Shown: piece after piece, positions 57,889-64,000 of the stretch
Layout: the number at the start of each line of letters is the position of its first letter
How positions within the stretch are numbered: the first letter of the stretch is position 1
Source: an uncultured Eubacteriales bacterium
GTDB taxonomy: Bacteria; Bacillota; Clostridia; Lachnospirales; Lachnospiraceae
Reading direction: 5' to 3'
Length of the DNA stretch: 64,000 bases
NCBI GenBank assembly: GCA_900316115.1
Contig: ONBN01000005.1
Coordinates: 3,165-67,164, forward strand
Position numbers and translations under genes: made by a program
Notes under the pieces: model-generated
What the model was told of the DNA's origin: nothing
The model's input: the letters and a program-made list of their open reading frames with translations, nothing else
Databases searched by the model: none

Positions 57889-58094
57889 TTGACATATTAG
57901 GGGAAGGCAGATAATATAATATTAAAGACAGGCAACTTGAGTGTCTGCCAAGTGTTGAAGTAAAGTGTTGTGCCAGAAAGCAGTGCTTTACGAGCTTTAT
58001 ACGGGTTCGACATTTACCACAATCTGGCTAGAAACTATATGTTTTGAAAGAAAATGTCGGAGGCTCTGCCGTTTTTGGCAGAGTCTTTCTTTTT
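57889..58094 (+). ncRNA. Candidate ~165-nt structured RNA (promoter, stems with pseudoknot potential, terminator) upstream of a nuclease gene
   Basis: TTGACA, 17 bp, TAATAT; stems 57960-57991 and 58008-58059 with complementary loops GCCAGA/TCTGGC; terminator 58061-58094. Confidence 0.6.
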
Positions 58095-58110
58095 AGGAGG
58101 AATGGATTTT

Positions 58111-58495
58111 ATGCGAAATATAAAAGACTGTGTAAATGCATTCCTTCCACTTTTGAATATTGAATACGAGATTGTATTAGGAAGAAAAGGAGTAGCTGTA
58201 ACTCTAAGAACTACTTTTGACAAGAAAGATTGTTTTCATTTGATGGGATTACAGTACGGCAAATATGTATTCTATGATAGATGCCGATTATCTGATGAAA
58301 AATAATATGGAATCCAGGAATTTGTATTTGTTTTTATCTCATAACAAAGATGATAAGTATTTTTGCAGATCATTCTTTGCTGAAGGGAAAAAGGATTATA
58401 CAAAAAATCAAGCATTTTGGACAATGTTATATAAAAAGAAATATAATTTGAAAACAGGTGAAGGGGTTATTTTGTATGACAGGCTGATAAAATAA
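58111..58495 (+). pseudogene. PBECR4-like (BECR-fold) nuclease with internal deletion and frameshift
   Basis: N-terminal half ends at FHLMGLQY (58257); a different frame resumes ANMYSMIDADYL...LYLFL...CRSFF...DYTKNQ...WTMLYKKK; AT-rich relative to flanks; family recognised from memory of motifs. Confidence 0.7.
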
Positions 58496-58515
58496 TATGG
58501 CACCGCAAAAAACTC

Positions 58516-58600
58516 TTGCAATAGCAGGTGTTCTATAGTATAATCAATCATGTTGTGAAAAAAGATGGTCCTCTGTTACCTCATGTGTATTAAGAACATC
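58516..58600 (+). promoter_or_regulatory. rplS promoter and L19 leader
   Basis: TTGCAA, 17 bp, TATAAT; GATGGTCCTCTG...AGAACATC hairpin at 58564-58600. Confidence 0.7.
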
Positions 58601-58624
58601 CAATAGAAGAATAGGAGAAAGAAC

Positions 58625-58972
58625 ATGAACGACATTATCAAAAACATCGAAGCAGAACAGTTAAAAGCAGATGTTCCTCAGTTCAATGTAGGTGATACTG
58701 TAAGAGTACACGCACTGATCAAAGAGGGAAACCGTGAGAGAATCCAGGTTTTCGAGGGAACAGTATTAAAGAAACAGGGCGGAAGCACAAGAGCAACTTT
58801 CACAGTAAGAAAGAGCTCCAATGGTGTTGGCGTTGAGAAAACATGGCCGCTTCATTCCCCACACGTAAAGAATGTAGAAGTTATCCGTCGTGGTAAAGTG
58901 CGTCGTGCAAAACTTAACTACTTAAGAGATCGTGTAGGTAAGGCTGCTAAAGTTAAAGAGCGTGTAAAATAA
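58625..58972 (+). CDS. rplS: 50S ribosomal protein L19
   Basis: [31 protein letters not shown]. Confidence 0.98.
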   Translation: MNDIIKNIEAEQLKADVPQFNVGDTVRVHALIKEGNRERIQVFEGTVLKKQGGSTRATFTVRKSSNGVGVEKTWPLHSPHVKNVEVIRRGKVRRAKLNYLRDRVGKAAKVKERVK

Positions 58973-58990
58973 TCCATACCTGACTATGAG

Positions 58991-59031
58991 AATGACTGCC
59001 ATCGGATTGATTTCCGGAGGCAGTTATTTTT
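58991..59031 (+). terminator. Terminator after rplS
   Basis: AATGACTGCC...GGCAGTTATTTTT. Confidence 0.75.
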
Positions 59032-59104
59032 ATGGATTCCTTGCTTCTACGGTTTAAAGTGTGTTATACTGTAACAGCTAATCGAAAAACAGGAGCATAC
59101 AAAT

Positions 59105-59740
59105 ATGTTAAAGAATAGAAGAAAGAAACGCTCCAGGGAAAAATGGGAAAACTGGCGGGCTACCTGGAGAGAAAATAAATCCATAGCAGAAGCAAAAGAA
59201 AAACTGGAAGATAAGAAGGTTCGGGGCGTGGTGCGCCTCGTTTTTGAAATTATTGTGACTCTGGCTTTTGCAGCACTGGTAGGAATCGCCATGTTCCAGT
59301 CAGTGACCATGCAGGAAAGTTCCATGGAGCCTACGATCTCCGTTGGCGACCGGTATTTTATGAACCGTGTGATTTATCGTGTATCTTCCCCGAAAAGGGG
59401 AGATGTGATCGTTTTCCGTACAAATGCCAGTGATGATGCAGCTTTGCATATCCGCAGAGTGATCGGGCTTCCAGGGGAAACAGTACAGATCGTGGATGGC
59501 CAGATCCTGATCAATGGCGAAACATACAAAGAGGGGAAGGATTTCCCTGTGATCAGTAATCCTGGGATGGCTTCCAGTGCGATAACGCTGGAGGCAGGTG
59601 AATATTTTGTTCTGGGTGATAACCGGAATAACAGTGAGGACAGCCGATATGGCAGCATTGGGAAGGTAAATAAGAAATACATTACAGGAAAGCTGTGGTT
59701 TAAGATTTTCCCTGTGAAATCCCTTGGCTTTTTTGAATAA
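59105..59740 (+). CDS. lepB: Signal peptidase I family protein with catalytic Lys replaced by Arg
   Basis: TM segment, SSMEPT, RGDVIVF, IRRVIGLPGE, GDNRNNSEDSRYG; position between rplS and rbgA. Confidence 0.9.
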   Translation: MLKNRRKKRSREKWENWRATWRENKSIAEAKEKLEDKKVRGVVRLVFEIIVTLAFAALVGIAMFQSVTMQESSMEPTISVGDRYFMNRVIYRVSSPKRGDVIVFRTNASDDAALHIRRVIGLPGETVQIVDGQILINGETYKEGKDFPVISNPGMASSAITLEAGEYFVLGDNRNNSEDSRYGSIGKVNKKYITGKLWFKIFPVKSLGFFE

Positions 59741-59830
59741 GAATACAGGTAATTGCCGTATAGGTAATAAGCTGCATGGCTGTTAAACAATACAGGCAAT
59801 CATTTATATGGAAGAATGGAAGTGAAAAGA

Positions 59831-60727
59831 ATGGATAATCGTGAAAATAGAATCAATATTAACTGGTATCCCGGTCATATGACCAAGGCAAAAAGACAGA
59901 TGCAGGAGGATATCCGTCTGATCGATCTGATCATTGAGCTGGTGGATGCAAGAGTGCCTCTTTCCAGCAGGAATCCGGATATTGATGAACTGGGCAAGAA
60001 TAAGGCAAGGCTGATCCTTCTGAATAAGGCTGATCTGGCAGACGACAGGCAGAATGAAAGATGGAAAGCCTATTTTCAGGAAAAAGGGTTTCATGTAGTA
60101 AAGGTGGATTCCAGGAACGGATCCGGGATCAAGGCTATTCAGGCAGTGATCCAGGAAGCCTGCAAGGAAAAGATCGAAAGAGACAGAAGGCGTGGGATCA
60201 AGAACCGCCCTATCCGCGCCATGGTGGCAGGCATCCCGAATGTAGGCAAATCTACATTTATCAATACTTTTGCGGGCAGAGCCTGTGCAAAGACTGGTAA
60301 TAAGCCAGGTGTGACAAAGGGCAAGCAGTGGATCCGTCTGAATAAGGGCGTGGAGCTTTTGGATACACCAGGGATCCTGTGGCCTAAATTTGAAGATCCG
60401 GATACAGGGAAAAGACTGGCATTTGTAGGTTCCATTAAAGATGATATTTTGAATATGGAAGAGCTTTCCCTGGAACTGATCGGATTTTTGAGAGAGTATT
60501 ATCCGGGGGCTATTAATAAGCGATACGATGTACCGGAAGAGGGAACCAACGTACAGGTTCTGGAGGCAATCGCAAGGGTACGTGGCTGCTTGAAAAAAGG
60601 CGAAGAACTGGATTACGGAAAAGCATCCGGCATTCTTTTTGATGACTTCCGGTCCGGCAAGCTGGGCAGGATCACAGTAGAGTGGCCGCCGATGAAAGAA
60701 GAAGCAAAAGAAGAGATAACAAAATAA
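59831..60727 (+). CDS. rbgA: Ribosome biogenesis GTPase
   Basis: WYPGHMTKA, NKADL, GIPNVGKST, DTPG. Confidence 0.97.
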   Translation: MDNRENRININWYPGHMTKAKRQMQEDIRLIDLIIELVDARVPLSSRNPDIDELGKNKARLILLNKADLADDRQNERWKAYFQEKGFHVVKVDSRNGSGIKAIQAVIQEACKEKIERDRRRGIKNRPIRAMVAGIPNVGKSTFINTFAGRACAKTGNKPGVTKGKQWIRLNKGVELLDTPGILWPKFEDPDTGKRLAFVGSIKDDILNMEELSLELIGFLREYYPGAINKRYDVPEEGTNVQVLEAIARVRGCLKKGEELDYGKASGILFDDFRSGKLGRITVEWPPMKEEAKEEITK

Positions 60728-60765
60728 GAAACAGCAAAAGAATAAGTATCTAAAGAGGAAAAAGC

Positions 60766-61521
60766 ATGAGTTCTATCGGGGAGATCAAAGGGGAATTTGA
60801 AAATGCCAGGCAGCAGGACTGGGCGGAACTGTATGAAAAGTATGGAAGTGACAGCCGCAGCGGCGTGCAGAAGCTTCTGGAGCAGTACCGCAAAAAAGAA
60901 GCTGCATACCAGGCAGAGCTTGAGCGTACAGAGTCTCTGAAGGTATATGAGCATAAATATGAACATCTGGGGTATATCTGCGGGATCGATGAAGTAGGCA
61001 GGGGACCTTTGGCCGGGCCGGTAGTGGCTTGTGGGGTGATCCTTCCAAAGGACTGTCAGATCCTGTATCTGAATGATTCCAAGCAGCTTTCTGCAAAGAA
61101 AAGAGAGATCCTGTATCAGCAGATCCTAGATCAGGCAGTGGCAGTAGGGATTGGCATTGTAGGCCCGGCACGTATTGATGAGATCAATATACTGCAGGCC
61201 ACATATGAAGCAATGCGCCAGGCCATCAGCAAGCTGTCCGTAAAGCCGCAGATCCTTCTGAATGATGCAGTAAGGATCCCGGGAGTGGAGATCCCTCAGG
61301 TTTCTATTATCAAGGGTGATGCCAAAAGTGTATCTATTGCAGCGGCAAGCATTGTGGCAAAAGTTACCAGGGATCGGATGATGGAAGAATACGATCCTGT
61401 GATGCCTGAGTATGGCTTTGCATCTAATAAGGGATATGGTTCACAGGCTCATATCCGGGCGCTGAAAAAGTACGGGCCGTCCCCTATACACAGGGCTACT
61501 TTTATTAAGAATTTTATCTGA
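60766..61521 (+). CDS. rnhB: Ribonuclease HII
   Basis: GIDEVGRGPLAGPV, NDSK, IIKGD, AAASIVAKVTRD, HRATF. Confidence 0.97.
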   Translation: MSSIGEIKGEFENARQQDWAELYEKYGSDSRSGVQKLLEQYRKKEAAYQAELERTESLKVYEHKYEHLGYICGIDEVGRGPLAGPVVACGVILPKDCQILYLNDSKQLSAKKREILYQQILDQAVAVGIGIVGPARIDEINILQATYEAMRQAISKLSVKPQILLNDAVRIPGVEIPQVSIIKGDAKSVSIAAASIVAKVTRDRMMEEYDPVMPEYGFASNKGYGSQAHIRALKKYGPSPIHRATFIKNFI

Positions 61522-61539
61522 TATCAGGAGAATTTTTTA

Positions 61540-61899
61540 TTGAAAAAATGTGTAAATCAAAGAGCAGTAGGCAGTTACTATGAAAAACTGGCTGCCGACT
61601 TTCTTACAGAGCATGGATTACACATAAGAGAAAGAAATTACAGATGCCGGATGGGAGAGGTGGATCTAATTGCCATGGACGGGAAATATCTGGTATTTGT
61701 GGAAGTGAAATACAGAAAAAACGGCAGCCATGGAAATCCGTTGGCTGCTGTAAATCTGCAGAAGCAGCGGACCCTGGGAAGAGTGGCAGAGTATTATCTG
61801 TTGACCCACAAATGGAGTGAAAATACGCCCTGCAGGTTTGATGTGGTCGGGATCCTGGACGGGCAGGTGCAGTGGATCCCCAATGCGTTTGAATTGTAA
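61540..61899 (+). CDS. yraN: YraN family protein
   Basis: GSYYEKLA, NYRCRMGEVDLIA, FVEVK, RFDVV, NAF. Confidence 0.93.
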   Translation: MKKCVNQRAVGSYYEKLAADFLTEHGLHIRERNYRCRMGEVDLIAMDGKYLVFVEVKYRKNGSHGNPLAAVNLQKQRTLGRVAEYYLLTHKWSENTPCRFDVVGILDGQVQWIPNAFEL

Positions 61900-61929
61900 G
61901 TTGCACAAATCAGGTGGAGGAAGACATTT

Positions 61930-62691
61930 ATGAAGATCCGGTGGCATAATGAACAACAGCCCAAAATGAAAATAAATGAAAAAGATGGGGTAACTTATCT
62001 TACCTGGCCGGAATTGGAGACACTTCCCTGGATCTGTCACGGTTTCAGCACCAGGCTGGGAGGAGTAAGCCAGGGCTGTCTTTCTTCTATGAATTTAAGC
62101 TTTTCCAGAGGGGATGATAAGGCTAATGTACTGGAGAATTACCGCAGGATCACAAAGGCCATGGGCTGCCAGATGGAGGATCTTGTTGTTTCCTATCAGA
62201 CCCATACCACCAATGTACGGATTGTAACAGAAGAAGACAGGGGAAAAGGCATTTTGTATCCCAGGGATTATCAGGATGTGGACGGTCTGGTGACAGATGA
62301 ACCAGGGGTAGTGCTTACTACATTTTATGCAGATTGTGTACCTTTGTATCTGATCGATCCAGTACATAAAGCAATCGGTTTGTCACATTCCGGATGGAGA
62401 GGGACAAAGGGCAGGATGGGACAGGCAACCATCTGCAAAATGACAGAGGTCTATGGGACGAACCCACAGGATCTGATCGCAGCCGTAGGACCATCCATCT
62501 GCCAGGACTGCTATGAGGTCAGTGAAGATGTGATCGAAGAATTTAAGAAGGCCTTTGATGGTAAACACTGGGAAAGCCTGTTCTATAAAAAGGATAAGCA
62601 GCTCTCAGAAGTTGCGGAAAAACGCTTAAGAGCCATAAAGGAATTCACAGAGTTTGGAAGCGGATTTAAGCGGGGTATTTACACATGGTGA
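61930..62691 (+). pseudogene. pgeF: PgeF/YfiH protein, 3'-truncated and fused to a foreign fragment
   Basis: HGFSTRLGG, QTH, ADCVP, SHSGWRGT, GPSI present; similarity stops at WESLFYKK and the C-terminal CT...FSHR region is absent. Confidence 0.8.
62584..62670 (+). other. About 87-bp fragment of mfd (transcription-repair coupling factor) in frame at the end of pgeF
   Basis: YKKDKQLSEVAEKRLRAIKEFTEFGSGFK closely matches the Firmicute Mfd segment [29 protein letters not shown] (recalled). Confidence 0.8.
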
Positions 62692-64000
62692 TAACATTGA
62701 TTGAAAAGGTATACCAGTTTTTATGGGGAGATCTGGTATATATACCGCTTCCAGGCGGAGGCAGGCTTGGGATTTCACTTCTGATCTTTTTCCTGATTCC
62801 AGCTGGTATTTATTTTTCTGTGCGTACACGGCTTCTGCCGATCCGGTTATTTCCGGATATGGTGAAAGCCCTTACAGAGAAAAAGACCCATAAAAACAGT
62901 CTATCCTCGTTTCAGTCCCTGCTGATTTCCACGGCTACCAGAGTAGGAATGGGAAATTTGGTAGGTGTTGTGGCAGCTATTTCTGCTGGAGGTGCAGGCG
63001 CCGTATTCTGGATGTGGGTGACAGCGATCATTGGCTCATCCACTGCCTTTGTGGAGGCAACGCTGGCTCAGCTGTACAAAGAAAAGGATCCTCTTTACGG
63101 AGGGTACAGAGGCGGCCCAGCTTACTACATCCACAGTTATATTGAGAGAAAGCAGGGGAAAAAGAGAAAACATGTGGTGATCGCTACACTTTTTGCTATA
63201 TCTGGACTGATCTGTTGGTGCGGGATCAGCCAGGTGATCAGCAATTCAGTGGTATCCTCTTTTAAAAATGCTTTTTCTGTACCACCCATCGTGACAACTG
63301 TTCTTCTGGTAGCCCTTGCGGCAGTGATCGTGCTTCGCAAAAATGCTACAGTAAAGGTTCTGGATCTGATGGTTCCTGTAATGGCAGTATGCTATTTTGC
63401 CATTACTGTTGTGATCATCCTGATGAATCTGGGAAGCCTTCCGGGAGTGTTTTCAAGGATCTTCCAGGAAGCTTTTGGTATCCGGCAGGTGGCAGCAGGT
63501 GGATTTGGCGCAGTGATCATGAACGGAGTAAAAAGAGGACTTTTTTCCAATGAGGCAGGCTCCGGATCGGCTCCCTGTGCAGCGGCTGCGGCAGAGTGCA
63601 GCAGTCCGGTAAAAGCAGGCCTGGTACAGGCGCTGGGCGTATTTATTGATACGATTGTAATCTGTAGCTGTACAGCAATGATCATGCTTCTTGCTCCTGA
63701 AGAACTGACTGCAGGTCTTGCAGGAATGGACCTTATGCAGAAAGCCATGGAGTATCACCTTGGCAGGTTTGGCGTGATCTTTATTGCAGTGACCCTTTTT
63801 CTTTTCAGTTTTTCTACATTCCTTGGGATCCTGTTTTATGCGAGAAGCAATGTATCCTATATTTTTGGAGACAAATGGTGCTGGCAGACGGCCTATAAGG
63901 TACTGGCACTGGTAATGCTTTTTATTGGCGGAATGGCGGCCTATACTTTTGTATGGGATCTGGGAGATGTGGGAATCGGACTGATGACTATCTTCAATAT
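62685..64000 (+). CDS. Alanine/glycine:cation symporter (AgcS/AlsT family), runs off the window end; not in the ORF track
   Basis: ATG 62685 opens MVITLIEKVYQFLWG...STATRVGMGNLVGVVAAISAGGAGAVFWMW...GGPAYYI...RGLFSNEAGSGS. Confidence 0.93.
   Translation, partial: MVITLIEKVYQFLWGDLVYIPLPGGGRLGISLLIFFLIPAGIYFSVRTRLLPIRLFPDMVKALTEKKTHKNSLSSFQSLLISTATRVGMGNLVGVVAAISAGGAGAVFWMWVTAIIGSSTAFVEATLAQLYKEKDPLYGGYRGGPAYYIHSYIERKQGKKRKHVVIATLFAISGLICWCGISQVISNSVVSSFKNAFSVPPIVTTVLLVALAAVIVLRKNATVKVLDLMVPVMAVCYFAITVVIILMNLGSLPGVFSRIFQEAFGIRQVAAGGFGAVIMNGVKRGLFSNEAGSGSAPCAAAAAECSSPVKAGLVQALGVFIDTIVICSCTAMIMLLAPEELTAGLAGMDLMQKAMEYHLGRFGVIFIAVTLFLFSFSTFLGILFYARSNVSYIFGDKWCWQTAYKVLALVMLFIGGMAAYTFVWDLGDVGIGLMTIFN

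Noticed and set aside
62595-62660. Glycine riboswitch remnant (CTCTCAG) upstream of agcS
   Set aside because: Other aptamer elements are missing and the stretch is better explained as mfd coding sequence.
1-64000. In-frame UGA selenoprotein genes near the sel cluster
   Set aside because: No gene in the window showed a TGA interrupting recognisable homology. This was a visual check only; a bSECISearch-type scan would be decisive.

Overview
Chromosomal, mostly housekeeping window from a Lachnospiraceae-like Firmicute (Blautia-like; inferred from gene order and content). The core backbone is ackA-yceD-rpmF ... plsX-rnc-smc-ftsY ... ylxM-ffh-rpsP-khpA-rimM-trmD-queA, then nfo, ldhA, aroA-tyrA, an EF-G II paralog, thrC-dgt, 6S RNA, galM, spoIID, T-box-pheST, TPP riboswitch-thiT and rplS-lepB-rbgA-rnhB-yraN-pgeF. 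An 11-kb block separates rpmF from plsX and carries a MATE pump, a GH2, Uup, selenocysteine genes (selA, a short selB, tRNA-Sec) wrapped around a chromate-transporter pair, and moaA. I found no CRISPR array, rRNA, integrase or transposase. Best leads: (1) a promoter/pseudoknotted RNA/terminator unit upstream of a deleted PBECR4-like nuclease, arranged like a type III toxin-antitoxin locus; (2) a stand-alone ZorAB-like stator pair with no Zorya effector next to it; (3) a short-chain CHR oxyanion transporter pair inside the sel cluster; (4) pgeF truncated and fused in frame to an ~87-bp mfd fragment; (5) a 759-codon M23/ricin/FN3 surface protein gene with one in-frame TAG; (6) an orphan promoter-driven structured RNA at 38.0-38.2 kb; (7) a signal peptidase I with the catalytic Lys replaced by Arg. 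All family calls are by motif recognition only; no searches were run.
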